From Camelus ferus (lineage: Eukaryota), in NCBI RefSeq assembly GCF_009834535.1, contig NC_045697.1, positions 39,310,001-39,374,000 of the forward strand: a stretch of DNA of 64,000 bases. The letters are read 5' to 3'. Both the position numbers and the translations under genes were made by a program. Numbering within the stretch: position 1 is the first letter of the stretch; the number at the start of each line of letters is the position of its first letter. Below, in pieces: positions 1 through 15,500 of this stretch. Below the pieces are notes generated by a model, which was given only the letters and a program-made list of their open reading frames with translations, searched no databases and was not told where the DNA came from.

Positions 1-1
1 A

Positions 2-471
2 TGATAAGGACTCCTTCCTTGACCAAACTTTAATCGGGCTCTTCTGAGCCCACTTCTTAATTAGGCCTCAGTCCTGGGCTTCCGTGTCTGTCCTTGCAGA
101 GTCCAGTTTTAGCAAGAATCCTACTAAGCCAGTTTAGAGAGAATATTCCCACCCATGGTATCTGATCATTCTCAGTTTCCAATCAAATTCTTCATCCTTC
201 ACCGTCTCCCAGTTAATACCTGATCACCTGACCTACCTTCAGCAACACTCCCCCATCCATGCCATCTCTTCTTAATAATTCTGCATCCACTGACCACCCC
301 TCCCCCTACAAACCCACTCCTTGCTTATAAATCCCACTTGTTCTTGTTGAATTTGGGGCTGAGCTCGGTCTCTCTCTCCTCCTGCCATAGGATTGACACC
401 TATTGCAATAGTCCTGAATAAAGTCTTCCTTATCATTTTAACAAGTGTCAGAATAATTTTTTTCTCCAACA
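2..471 (+). mobile_element. Solo ERV1 LTR, MER31-like
   Basis: Starts TGATAAGGACTCCTTCCTTGACCAAACTTT (resembles the MER31 5' end as I recall it), has TATA-like CTTATAAA, AATAAA at 417-422 and ends ...CCAACA. Confidence 0.65.
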
Positions 472-509
472 CAGATCAAAATTTAAAATTGAGGTTCTTT
501 TAAAGAGGC

Positions 510-738
510 TAACACTTATATGGTGTTTAACAGGTGCCGAGGCACTATTTGTTCTAAATGCTAAGTCTGTTCCTCACAGCATCCCAATGAGGCTGTGTAC
601 TGTTACTATTATCCTCAATTTATGTATTAAACTGGGGCTTTGAGAGGTTAACTTACTTGCCTAAGCACACAAACCTAGAGCTAGGTAGTGAAACTCATAT
701 TCTAATCCAGGGATTCTTGCCCCAGGGTCCATGTTCTT
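510..738 (-). mobile_element. MIR SINE, interrupted by the L1 at 739-2366 and continuing at ~2389-2410
   Basis: MIR core motifs (ATTATCCTCAATTT...GAGAGGTTAACTTACTTGCCTAAG). Confidence 0.6.
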
Positions 739-2366
739 TTTTTTTTTTTTTTTTTAACATTTTTTTATTGATTTATAATCATTTTACAATGTTGTGTCAA
801 ATTCCAGTGTACAGCACAATTTTTCTGTTATACATGACCATATATATATTCATTGTCACATTTTTTTCTCTGTGAGCTACCATAAGATCTTGTATATATT
901 TCCCCATGCTATACAGTATAATCTTGTTTATCTAGTCTACAATTTTGAAATCCCAGTCTATCTCTTCCCACCCCCTGCCCCCTTGGCAACCACAAGTTTG
1001 TATTCTATGTCTGTGAGTCTATTTCTGTTTTGTATTTATGCTTTGTTTGTTTGTTTGTTTTTTAGATTCCACATATGAGCAATCTCATATGGTATTTTTC
1101 TTTCTCTTTCTGGCTTACTTCACTTAGAATGACATTCTCCAGGAGCATCCATGTTGCTGCAAATGGCGTTATGTTGTCGGTTTTTATGGTTGAGTAGTAT
1201 TCCATTGTATAAATATACCACCGCTTCTTTATCCAGTCATCTGTTGATGGACATTTAGGCTCTTTCCATGTCTTGGATATTGTAAATAATGCTGCTATGA
1301 ACATTAGGGTGCAGGTGTCATTTTGGAGTAGGGTTCCTTCTGGATATATGCCCAGGAGTGGGATTCCTGGGTCATATGGTAAGTGTATTCCTAGTCTTTT
1401 GAGGAATCTCCATACTGTTTTCCACAGTGGCTGCACCAAACTGCATTCCCACCAGCAGTGAAGGAGGGTTCCCTTTTCTTCACAGCCTCTCCGGCATTTG
1501 TCATTTGTGGATTTTTGAATGACGGCCATTCTGACTGGTGTGAGGTGATACCTCATTGTAGTTTTGATTTGCATTTCTCTGATATTTAGTGATATTGAGC
1601 ATTTTTTCATGTGTCTATTGATCATTTGTATGTCTTCCTTGGAGAATTGCTTGTTTAGGTCTTCTGTCCATTTTTGGATTGGGTTGTTTATTTTTTTCTT
1701 ATTGAGTCGTATGAGCTGCTTATATATTCTGGAGATCAAGCCTTTGTCAGTTTTATTTGCAAAAATTTTCTCCCATTCTGTAAGTTGTCTTTTTGTTTTA
1801 CTTATGGTTTCCTTTGCTGTGCAGAAGCTGGTAAGTTTCACTAGGTCCCATTTGTTTATTCTTGCTTTTATTTCTTCTAGGAGAAAATTTATGAGATGTA
1901 TGTCAGATAATGTTTTGCCTATATTTTCCTCTAGGAGGTTTATTGTATCTTGTCTTATGTTTAAGTCTTTGATCCATTTTGAGTTTATTTTTGTGTATGG
2001 TGTAAGGGAGTGTTCTAGCTTCATTGTTTTACATGCCGCTGTCCAGTTTTCCCAATACCATTTGCTGAAGAGACTGTCTTTATTCCATTGTATATTCTTG
2101 CCTCCTTTGTCGAAGATGAGTTGACCAAAAGTTTGTGGGTTCATTTCTGGGCTCTCTATTCTGTTCCATTAGTCTATATGTCTGTTTTTGTACCAATACC
2201 ATGCTGTCTTGATGACTGTAGCTCTATAGTATTGTCTGAAGTCTGGGAGAGTTATTCGTCCAGCCTCTTTCTTTCTCTTCAGTAATGCTTTGGCAATTCT
2301 AGGTCTTTGATGGTTCCATATAAATTTTATTATGATTTGCTCTAGTTCCGTGAAATATGTCCTGGG
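739..2366 (-). mobile_element. Young 5'-truncated LINE-1 with poly(A) tail and 22-bp target-site duplication
   Basis: Poly-T at 737-755. TTGCCCCAGGGTCCATGTTCTT occurs at both 717-738 and 2367-2388. The nick site reads TT/AAGA on the minus strand. Confidence 0.95.
1062..2144 (-). pseudogene. L1 ORF2p C-terminal fragment (360 aa open, includes the CCHC knuckle); not a host gene
   Basis: Translation has typical ORF2p motifs: [63 protein letters not shown]. Confidence 0.93.
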
Positions 2367-2700
2367 TTGCCCCAGGGTCCATGTTCTTAAACACAGTGCT
2401 GAACTGCCCTCAGCAAACTAAAAGTTAGGTTGAGAAGTCTACTGTGTCAGCACTCTTAGAATAAAGCTCTCAAACTTAGCTGCCCATAGGAACCCAAGTG
2501 AGTAAGGTAAACAAGGAGGGTAAGTGAGGGCTGGGGGTTCTGGGTTCTGGAGTGTCCCTGTCTTCTAGAGGGATGGCCCTTATCAGCACCATGTAATGTT
2601 GCCATCTGGAAATGGATACTTTCTGAGGTGTTTTTTTTTTTTTTTAAGAGAAGCAAGAGAAATCTGGATTTTTACGAAAGATCTTTTTAATTCAAAGGAC

Positions 2701-2768
2701 AAGGAAAGAAAAGAGAGGGAAGAGGGGAAAGAGAAGAAGAGAGGGGGAAAGAGAAAGGGAAAGGAGAG
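2701..2768 (+). repeat. Polypurine (GA-rich) low-complexity tract
   Basis: About 68 nt consisting only of A and G. Confidence 0.85.
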
Positions 2769-3689
2769 CAGAGAAGGGAAAAACCACACAGGACACACAC
2801 ACACACCTGCAGAAGGAATTCATTCAGTCTGTGGACCACTTGTTTGCAACCTCACTTTCAGAGGTTATTAAATCTTACCACAATGGACTCCTGTTGATTT
2901 TAAAGATTTTTACTCCTCACTCTAAACCATCAAGTAATTACATTTTTTAAATGACCTATTTGTCTAACCTATTAGAGACTATGGATTTCCATTATTTGGT
3001 TGGAGAAGAGTAGGGGTAATCGGGGAGGAGGGTTGTTTCTGAGCTTAGGCAGTCTCTCCTGGGCTCGTGGAAATGCTGTGACAATTACAATAGCAGATCT
3101 TTTCAGAGTAGTGTTGATTTTCTGTCTACCCATGAATCAAGAGATTTTGAATTACAAGCGTATCCAAGCAATCAGGGCTTTTCTTCTTGATTCTTGAATT
3201 GATGGATAATTTATCCTCTGTTAACAAAGCAAACAAAAGAAAACATCCTTTCAAAGGTGAACTAGTACCATCAGCTCTCTGTGGGAAATGGAGATAAATT
3301 CTGACTTCTGAGAGTTTTATGAAGTCCCTCAGCTTTTCTAAGTCTTTCAACTTTCGGTTGCTGAACTTTGAGTTGTTCATGTTTTACAGTCCTTTCTAGA
3401 AAGCCAGATTTCTTGGCTCCAGCCATATAACACAGAGATGTTCTTTACTCCTGAATTTATGAGACCTTCCACCTTTTTTGTAGCAGATGTCCAATGTGCT
3501 TGTTTTCAATGGTCTAAATCTGGATTACAGATACATAAAGTCTCATAAATGAGATACAATCATTTACTTACTTCCAAAAATAGCACTCTTTTAAATTGTG
3601 TTTTCAATAATATTTCATGTCATAGGTTGAAATTTTGTATTATTTTGAAGTTTGGCAGGGCTTAATAATGGCCATTTTTGGAGGGAAAT

Positions 3690-4240
3690 GGGATCAATTA
3701 ACACCTTTTTATGCACAAGACCCTGCACTGTGTCCTGCAGAGTGAACAAAAAAGAATCAATAAGCTTGTCCCCTTCCCTCCTGGGGCTGAAGTACTTTTG
3801 GAGAAATCAGGCATTAACACAAGTAGCAACCGTACATAAAAAGCACAATTCAAGGGACACAGAGGACCATAGCTGTAGGATTTTAAAGAGAGAGAGAGAC
3901 TTTATGACCTGAAAGGCCTTAGAAGGCCTTCAGGAAGGATACGGGGTTTAAGTGGGGCTTTGAAGAATGGGTAGGCTTTTTGAGGGTGAGGAGGGCAGAG
4001 GGTGGCACTAAAGGTATTATAGAGACAGAGGCAAAAGAGGGAGAGGAAAGATGGGCTTGGGCACAACAAATGATTGCAACAGAAGACTCCAGAAAAGAAG
4101 AAATGGAACATAAACCTGGGGAATGATTTGTATGAACAAAAAGCAGTCAAAACCCAGGATGGGAAAAAATTTAACCCATTAATATGAATAATGAAGTTAG
4201 AAGGAAGAGCTGGTTCAGGGAAGAAGATAAGTTGGATTTA
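3690..4240 (-). mobile_element. Degraded L2 LINE fragment
   Basis: L2-like motifs GTCCCTTCCCTCCTGGGGCT and GGGCTTTGAAGAATGGGTAGG. Confidence 0.45.
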
Positions 4241-4419
4241 TTGTTAGATTTCTTATGATATAGATCAACCAAATAACATTGAACCAAAATATCAAATTCT
4301 TTCTTTCAAAATCTTGGCCCAACCACATTTGCCTTTGTCTACAATTTTGACCCTTAAGCCAGAGTTAAGATGGTGCTGTTTGACTTATTATCTATCACAT
4401 GCAAAGAAATAGGATCTTT

Positions 4420-4590
4420 GAATTTTGGAGCTGGAATGGTCCTTAGAAATCATATAATTTATTTTGCCAGTAAGTTAATGTGGGGTGCAGAAAGATTAAA
4501 TGATTAGCATAAGGTCAGAGAGTCTATGAGCAATAGAGGTGAAATTAAAATAGTCATCTACTAATTTCTGAATCATTGTTTGATCCATAT
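4420..4590 (-). mobile_element. MIR/MIR3 fragment
   Basis: GGAGCTGGAATGGTCCTTAGAAATCAT...TTAAATGATTAGCATAAGGTCA. Confidence 0.45.
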
Positions 4591-4984
4591 CACATAAAGT
4601 CTGGTTATCCTGTCTAAAAAATGTTTATGTATAAACACATATAAGTAAATTTTCATATATACTTTAAAAAATTCAGATATAGTTTTTAAAATTCAAAATT
4701 TTCATACCTTTGGAAACTTCTATCTCTTTTTCCATAGTTCCGAGTCCTTACACTCCCTCCATTTACCACCCGCTATGTGTCATTATATATATTTTTAGAA
4801 TTTATATACTCACACACAAGCATATCTTTACACACGCACACACATAACACATATGTAGTGTTTTAGATCATTGTTTTACAAAAATAAAAACATATATATT
4901 CTTTTCTGTTCCTTGATTTATTCTCCCAGCAATACCTTGGGGAAATTTCTCCCAAGTGAAAAGTTCTAGCCTACTTAATTGGGT

Positions 4985-5750
4985 TTTTACTTTGTTTTGT
5001 TTTTAATTTTTTAATACAATTTTTCAAGGTTATGTTCCATTTACAATTAGTACAAAATATTGGCTACATTCCCCATGTTATACAATATGTCCTTGAAGCC
5101 TGTCTCACACCCAATGTTTGTACCTCCCACTCCCCCACCCCTATATGGCCCCTCCCTCACTCCCCACTGGTAACCAACCACTAGTTTGTTTTCTATATCT
5201 GAATCTGCCCCTTTTTTGTTATATCACTAGTTTGTTATATTTTTTAGATTCCACGTGTAAGTGATACATAGTATTTGTCTTTCTCTGTCTGACTTACTTC
5301 ACTTAGCATAATGCCCTCCAAGCCCATCCATGTTGCTGTGTATGGAAAAATTCCGTTCTTTTTTATGCTGAGTAGTATTCCATTGTATAGATATACCACA
5401 TCTTTATGCATTCATCTTTCGATGAACACTTAGGTTGCTTCCATATCTTGGCAGTTGTAAATAATGCTGCTATGAACACTGGGGTGCGTGTATCTTTTTT
5501 GAATTAGTGGTTTTGTTTTTGCAGATACCTACCCAGTAGGAGAATTGCTGGATCATTTGGTAAATCTATTTTTAGTTTTTTGAGGAACCTCCATACTGTT
5601 TTCCATAGTGGCTGCACCAATTTACATTTGTACCGACAGTGTATGAGGTGTCCCTTTTCTCCACATCCTCACCAACATTTGCTATTTGTGTTCTTCTTGG
5701 TGATAGCCATTCTGACAGGTATGAGGCAATATCTCACTGTGGTTTTAATT
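4985..5750 (-). mobile_element. L1 3' end (3'UTR plus end of ORF2), nested in an older L1
   Basis: TTAGATTCCACGTGTAAGTGATA and GAGGAACCTCCATACTGTTTTCCATAGTGGCTGCACC, homologous to 1060-1565. Confidence 0.88.
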
Positions 5751-6760
5751 ATTTTAATTGTTGCATAATGCTTCACAGGGGAGCTATATCATGATTTATT
5801 CTGCCATTCCCCTATTTATAGAGCAGTTTGTTTTAAGTCTCCAAATAGTACTTCAATAAACATGTATCTACATATGCTGCTATTTTATTTCTATTGATAA
5901 GATCACTGGGTCAAGGACATATGTATTTTTAGTTTTAGAAGCTAACCTACTTCCCTAAGAAAGCTACAACTATACACATTTGCACATAGAATTAAAAATA
6001 CTTCCTTTCACTAGGTTTCCCCAGACCATGGTGTTATAACTTTTTTTTTTAAAGTTTTTGCAAGTGCTATTGGTATAGAGTAAAATCTCATTGGTACTTT
6101 ATTTGCATTTCTTTGACTACAAATGAATTTGATCATCTTTTCATAAGGTTGTTGGCTGTTGGATTTCCTCTTTTGCAAACTATGCTTTCATATTCTTTAT
6201 CCATTTTTCCAATGGATTATTTTGTCTCCTTGTAAATTTTTAAGAGCTTCTGCTGTGTTACAGTTATGTCCTATAGGGATGCAAACATTTTTTCCAGTCA
6301 TTTGTATTTGTTCATATTATCTTTTGCCATGCAAAAGTTTTGTAATTTTTCTAGTCATCTATGTTGATGTTTTTTCTCTTATAGTTTTTGTATTTTCTGC
6401 TTTGCCCCCAAAAAAACCTTACCCACTCTGCTCCTAGATTATATTTATGATCCTAGATTTTCTTAACAGGATTTTTAACTTAATTATTTGTTTTACAGTT
6501 TAACCTTTAATCTCTCTAAATCCATCTGAATTTGATTTTTCAAATTGGTGTAAGATAAAGATCTAGTTTTCTTTTCTTCTGGATGAATAGATAGTTTGCC
6601 AACCCCTTATATTAAAGAATTCATCCTTTTGCCACTACACTGAAATGCCTCTTTTGTCATATAGTAAATCCTCATTTATATCTGGATCTGTTTCTAGATA
6701 TTCTATTCCACATATCTGTTTAGGCCTATTTCAGTACTTACTGATTTGATTACAGTAGCT
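5751..6760 (-). mobile_element. Old L1M-type fragment (probably also ~4680-4980)
   Basis: Degenerate antisense ORF2 motifs (TTTGCATTTCTTTGACTAC, CCATCTGAATTTGATTTTT, TCTGGATCTGTTTCTAGA). Confidence 0.6.
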
Positions 6761-7034
6761 TGATAGGACTTTCTGATATCTGGTAAATCTGATTACCCAA
6801 ATGATTTTTGAGGCAGTTATCGAGTGTGTAGGTAAACACATTAAAAACCTATCTGCTGGACAGCAATGGGATGCAAACGGAACTAATATATCAAAATGTA
6901 CTTGTATAATCAAAAGAATTTTTCCAAAATTTTTCTTCCCAAGATCTATTTCTATGGGAAGAAAAGGTTTGATGTTCTTATGAGATCTTAAACAGGTGAC
7001 AACAAGTTTCACATCCTCAAATTCTGTTCTCTAT

Positions 7035-7061
7035 TAATGGTGCTGTTTCCTTGATTCCCAG
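7035..7061 (+). promoter_or_regulatory. GPRIN3: 3' splice acceptor of the GPRIN3 coding exon (exon starts at 7062)
   Basis: TTAAT branch-like motif, pyrimidine tract TGTTTCCTTGATTCCCAG|G, 114 nt upstream of the ATG. GPRIN3 is known to carry its CDS in one exon after a non-coding exon. Confidence 0.7.
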
Positions 7062-7106
7062 GTTGGCCCTGCAGCGGAATTGTCCTTGACGGCGTCTTCA
7101 CTCTGA

Positions 7107-9524
<2,418 letters not shown>

Positions 9525-12500
9525 AAAGGAAAACAGCTGCAGGGAGCCCTTGCATGGGGTCTTCATAGGTGTCCGTCTGTCAAAGCTTACTTGTTTTTTT
9601 CCTGAGAGACCAGGAAGAGAAAGCAAGTGTTAACTCCAGGAAATTGCTGTGAAGGCTAGTGGGGTCCCTTGCTGGAGTCTTCATTAAAAAAAAAAACAAA
9701 AACACATCATTTCAATTGGAAAGAAAGAAAACAAGCACGCTTCACTGAAGGTTTACAACTGTAATTAAGAGGAAATAGTATTCACTGTTTTTTTAATATG
9801 CTGTTGCTTACAGAACTATCATTATCATTACATATGTATCATTTTGTATAACTGCCTCAATTTATCACACTATGGTATTTCCATTAAAATCTCAGCTTTA
9901 TATTAAAAATAGCAAAAATACTGTTACACTTTTTGGTCCATTGCAGTGAGAATGCTGTTACCCCACAAAATTTAAGTAGTTGATAAGAACTATCATATAA
10001 AAAATTGAAACAAATTTGACTCCTTAGGCCAGAAGATAATAAGTAAAAGCATTTAAATGCATAAAATACCAAATATGAAGTCATATTTGTAAACATCTGC
10101 AGATAACCCTTTTTATAAACCTTGTTATACCTGTTAATATAAGAAAGTTATATTAGGAAAAAAAATTAGTGAAGCATTTGACTATGAATATTGCCCACAT
10201 AAAACATGAATTTATATATGCACCTTTTCCTGCCCTGAAGGCAAGTTTCATCTCTGTGATTGTGACTAGACTAAATTCATATTTCCTTACCCTAGAGAAA
10301 GTACATGTGACTGAATTCTTGGAGAGAGTCATCAGGTTATTGATAATACTCAATTTTATGTTGTACAGGTGTTCTCCAATGACATTCTACTGAGAGCGTC
10401 ACGGTTCGGGTAAGGAATTATAAATAGCCAATTACCAAACACTCTATTTTTAGGTGTTAAAGAAAAAGAAAAGAAAGCCTCCTGAATAACAAAACAACAC
10501 ATATGAGACTCCTGTAACCAGGATGGAGTTTGTGTTTTTGTTTGACTTGGTTCAGTAGCTTCTAGTAGAAAGTGTGGTCCACACCGATTAGAACATGAGC
10601 TTCCTCGCTGTTTTTGTACGTAGACTAATATCATCTTATTGCTTGAGTCTAATCTATGATAAAATGGTAACCTCTGTAAGACTATTGATTTCAAGAGAAA
10701 AACGTCATAAAATACCACCCTTCAAACCCAGTAAAAGAAGCCACCTTTACTGAAACACGTTTTTGAGCTTTGGGTGGGCTTGGTCCTTGAGAACATAGGC
10801 ACCTGTCTGAGCTGAGCCCTCACCTGTCTCCTTAAGAGGAGTGTATTCCTAGGGCTTATGAGTGTCCTGCAGGGCACTGGGCTGGAACGACCAAGAGTGG
10901 CTTGAGTTGGGGTGACGGACAAGAGGGGAGAGAGTGAGGGCCCGAAAGGGCTTCCCCTCCTGGACTCGTGGTAGGGAGGTTGCTGGTTTCCACCTCGCAT
11001 TTAGAGAGTCACTGTTGGTTGGAGGGGCGCTGGTTGCTTTCTCTAATCTCATTGCCCTCGATGAGCCAGAAAAGAGTATCTGGCTGTGTGTTCTCTCTCC
11101 AGAGATTCAGAAATGCCATTTGGGCAGTAAATTCACAGTTTCTCTTTTGGCTTTTTTGCTTTTTCATTTTAATTCTCTATTGCAGATTCTGAACATTATG
11201 GAGGGGAGGAATCATACCTAAACTTTAACACCACAAGTACACTGGACATAACCTAAATTAGTAAAGAGCCATTGATTTCTTTCAAAGCCGTTGGACTGTC
11301 TGTGACGCCTGCATACGTGGGCCATGGTCACAGCACTCTCAGAGCAAGCATGCTCTGAATGGCAAGTACACTTGTTATACTTGGAACTTAGAATGAGCAG
11401 TTTAGTAAAGCCCATGTTTCCACGTCTTACCATTGGGCCTCCGTCAAGGATGCTATCTAAAGCAGAAATGACCATCCAATGAGCAATCAAATTATTATTA
11501 ATGAATTTAGTCCAAAACGCTCCCCTTGGCCTTAAATACCCATTTGTGGTAGTGTCCGTGCCACTTCTGTAGGAAATGCCTTTGCCACGATGTAATCTCC
11601 CTCCTGTCTCTCGCCCACTGGCTGTCTCCCTCCCACGCTGGCGTACGTGCTGTGTACACATGGAGAATATCCTGTGTACACAGTAGCAGCTGTCAGCGGT
11701 ACCCACTCCAGGCGGGTGGGCCCCAGGTAATCCTCTGCTCTGAACTGGCTAGAACAGGCTGTTCCTGCATTAAAATGGGAAAAAAGGAAGAATTCAGCGT
11801 CTGGTAATAATATTTGTTGTCATGAGTTGGGAGTAACCACGTGGTTTATAAATAGTGAAAGGAAGCAGAGGCCACAGAGCTGTGGGCCTCCGTTACCCAT
11901 TAAAAATAAATTAATTAATGAAATGAAATAAATTAAACCTGAATTTGGTGTTCTAGTTGTGCCTCTCAAATTAAAACTTAATGCTCGATGTAGTAACCTT
12001 AACTGGTTTTCTTTGGTACTGGAACTAACCTTTACTTTTACACCTTTGATCTTTTAACATCCGTCTTTACAAAAGCTTCCTTCTCACTTACGGAATCTTA
12101 TAGAAGGAACAGCTTTTAAGAACAGTCACAGAAATAGCTCATCACATGGATAAATAAGACAGGAGCCTAATCAAGACGGCAGTGTTTTGCATTATGATAC
12201 CCTCAGTACTCTCACGATAAAACCTTGATGTGAAAATGTTCCTTCACTTCGATCTGTGACCCAGCGTACACATTCGGGACAGCATTGTCATTCCTTAGGT
12301 TCATCTAGCAACTGACGTTGCAAAACAATATTCTTGGCAGACTCTTTGAACTTGCTCTGCTGTTCCTTACCTGCATGGCACACACGGGGTTGAAAGCTGT
12401 TTGTTTTTGTCCTTGACTTCTTTTAGTTATGTTTGGGTCCTTTTTAATGCATTTTAGTTGTTGAAATAAGTGGAGGAAATATTATATTAAGTAGATATAT

Positions 12501-15500
12501 ATATATAAGATATTTTTTAAACCAGTAGCAAAAGAGAAACAAGTTAGAACATCTAAATGTTTAAAATGTGAAGATGTGATACGGCTTACCCAGTTAACAC
12601 TAGAAGTTTCAATTTAAATATTGATTTTTCTACTTTTTATGACTGCAAGAAAAATGTGATCACTTCGGCTGTCATATATTTACCTTCAGTGCTTTTCTAA
12701 TGATGTCTTTCTGGATTCTTGGCCTTGTTGCCACAGACCAACTACTTCACATACAGTGAAATCCTAATTAACCTTTGTGTCTTGGATCAGTGGCAGAAGT
12801 TGAACGTTGTTTTAGATCAAAGTTAACCAGAAAACTTTTTGTTTGCATCCAATATGAAATATTTGTAAAAAATACTGCTGTGTTTTCCTACCATAGCAAG
12901 TTCAGCTATATTGAATATTATTTGATTTTTGATGATTTTTGAATCTTAAGAATTGTCTAATATTTATTATTTTGGGTACCATTATTCTCCATGTTATAGG
13001 TTAAATATCATAAAATAAATTGGACTGAATATGCATGTGTAACATATACCCTAGAGATTGAATTTTGGAACCAAATTCTTAATAAGAGCTCGTCATCTTC
13101 AAGTCGAAGGCAGAAGAGGAAAACGACTTTGGGTTGCATCCCAGAGTTGTAAGGTTTTATCGTTCCTAGCTGACTCTACTCTTCTTCCTCTCATCTCTGG
13201 GAGTTCCTATCATTCTGGGAATACCTGTCTACACCACGTGAAGAATAGACTATGATGTGACTTTACAGTTTGTTTACAGAGGACATCTATGAGTATGCTG
13301 TTGATGTAAATTGTTTGGCCTTTGCTGTATCCGCTTCGTTACTGTTTTGCTGCCAAAATGTGAGAAGCTGTCTTCTCTTCCTCCTACATGTTGTGCAAGT
13401 GTTAAAAAATGTAACTCACCACACCCCTTGTCTACTTTTTAAGACTCAGTCGAAAGAAAAACCATACATTAGGATAAGGTTTGTATATGTGTTTTTACTG
13501 AAAATTGGGCACCTGCAGCCTGGTGCAGGCCTCTACCTGTCTGACTTACCAATTGTCTACAGTGCTGCCATGGAGATGATGCTGTTTACTCTCCAGCTTG
13601 GTCCTAAGTGGTATTTGAGAAATGAAGCCTGTGAATTTCCCTTTGTGATAAGAATACAGTGAACTCAGCAGGAGCTTAGATAAATGAGCTGACCATCTTG
13701 TCCCCACCCCCATTTTGTCTCCATAGTGAATCAGAAGTCTTGCCCACATCTGCCTCAGTGCTTGCTACTTTATGTTCCTATTTGAGGATTTTGTTTTCTG
13801 TTAGTGACGTCCTTTGAATCCACATGTGGCCCTTTCGGTTGAATCTGTCCCAGTGTGGGTCAGCTGCTACCACCTGGCAAATAACAGGTGATGTGCTGAA
13901 TCTCCTGTCCATCCTTGTAACTGTATCCTTCTTAACAAAATTCTGCAGCCAGCTAAGTAATTATAAATGGCATCTGTGCAGACACTTGGGCTTACGGATG
14001 TCAACGAGATTTTAGACATTTTTGCAAATGAGAAAAAAGTCTTGTAAATACTGAAAAAGATTTCCATGAACGTCATCCTACTCTTGGGAGAAAAAAAAAT
14101 CTTGGCTACAGAAATAAAATCAATTTGCTTTACAGTGACCAAGGACATAAATGAAGATGGATTGAAGTGGAAAACTCATGTCTCACAATCCGTGACATCT
14201 GCCAGAGGTCATTACGGCTACTTTTAACTGTGAACATTCACCAGCTAAACTACTCACTTGCCACAACCAAATAACCTCTCTCAAAGTAAATCCAATGCAT
14301 CTGTATACATGTGTGGATAGAAACAACAAAAAACCCTGAAAAATTACTGTTGGCTATTAGGTAAATCAAAGTGATGATCATTACAAGGGACATTTAAATA
14401 ACCTTGGGCCTGGGGGTGAAATGACTGTGGAGGCCAGAATGATGCACCAAGATGTTATTCACAAGTTTCGTGTGTGTGGTTTTTTTTTTTTAAGACCCAG
14501 ATATCTCAGATACTCATGATGAGAATAAAGACTGTTGATAATGAAATTAAAGCCAAGCAATAATGTGCCAAAAAGAGGCAGTTATACCAGCAAGTGCGTC
14601 TGTAATGGGCACACCATTGTATAATTATGGCTTGCTCCATAAAGACTGACTGTAACCCACAGGCTAAAATAAGCAAAGGCATACTTTATGCTTTCTTGCT
14701 GGAAAAACTTGTTTAGGAGCGCCATTGAGAGGTCCAGCAGTAGTGAGCGTTAGATTTTATGGTTAACGTCTCTGTTTTAACACTAGCCAAGACCAAAGGA
14801 GTCACTGAGTTAAAACTCAAGACAACACCGGAAACTTGGTTGAAATGAAGGATTAAATGTATGGTAATTACTATTCCTGGACACTCACTTGTAGGAAAGC
14901 AATTCAGGTAACTTTGCCTGGAGGATTACCAGCCTTAGCTATGAAAAAAAAAAAGGGTTCTCAAATGCAAAATAACTAAAATGTGAGTACTCATCTGAAA
15001 GCGGGCCTCAAATAATGCCTTACTGAAAATGATGTTCTCAATGGGTGTTTCTGAAAACCAATTCTTCCTCAAGTATCCTTTTGGGTTCAAGCTCAAAATC
15101 GATTGGCTGGAATAAAAATGACATATTTTACACTTCAAAAAAAGATACTGATGATCGACCAGCATGGAGATAGTTATGATGAGAGATACCCTAGGGATTT
15201 CAGTGAGTTAAAGAGAACTCAGTGGGGGGTGAAACACTAACTTCTTTCTTGGACTCTTAAAATGGGGGGATGTCATCTGCTTATTTTGGGGTGAAAATGA
15301 GAGCTTGCTTTTTGGCATTGCTGCTAGTGTTACTCTTTGTTCCTTTAAAAATTAAACTGTCTATTCTTCGGCAGAACTTTTAAGCAGTTAAACAACATTT
15401 TTCTGGTTCATATTGCTTTTAATATCATGTAAAGATTCTGTATAGAGCAAAACAGAAATGCGCGGAAGGGGCTAATCCATGTGTATCCGTGTCTCTTAAT

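Noticed and set aside
1564..2124. 186-aa hydrophobic + strand ORF
   Set aside because: Antisense frame of L1 ORF2, a common artefact.
3908..3934. Quasi-palindrome CCTGAAAGGCCTT-AG-AAGGCCTTCAGG
   Set aside because: Short, imperfect and inside a decayed L2.
11218..11706. 162-aa minus-strand ORF in the UTR
   Set aside because: Non-ATG start and no recognisable homology.
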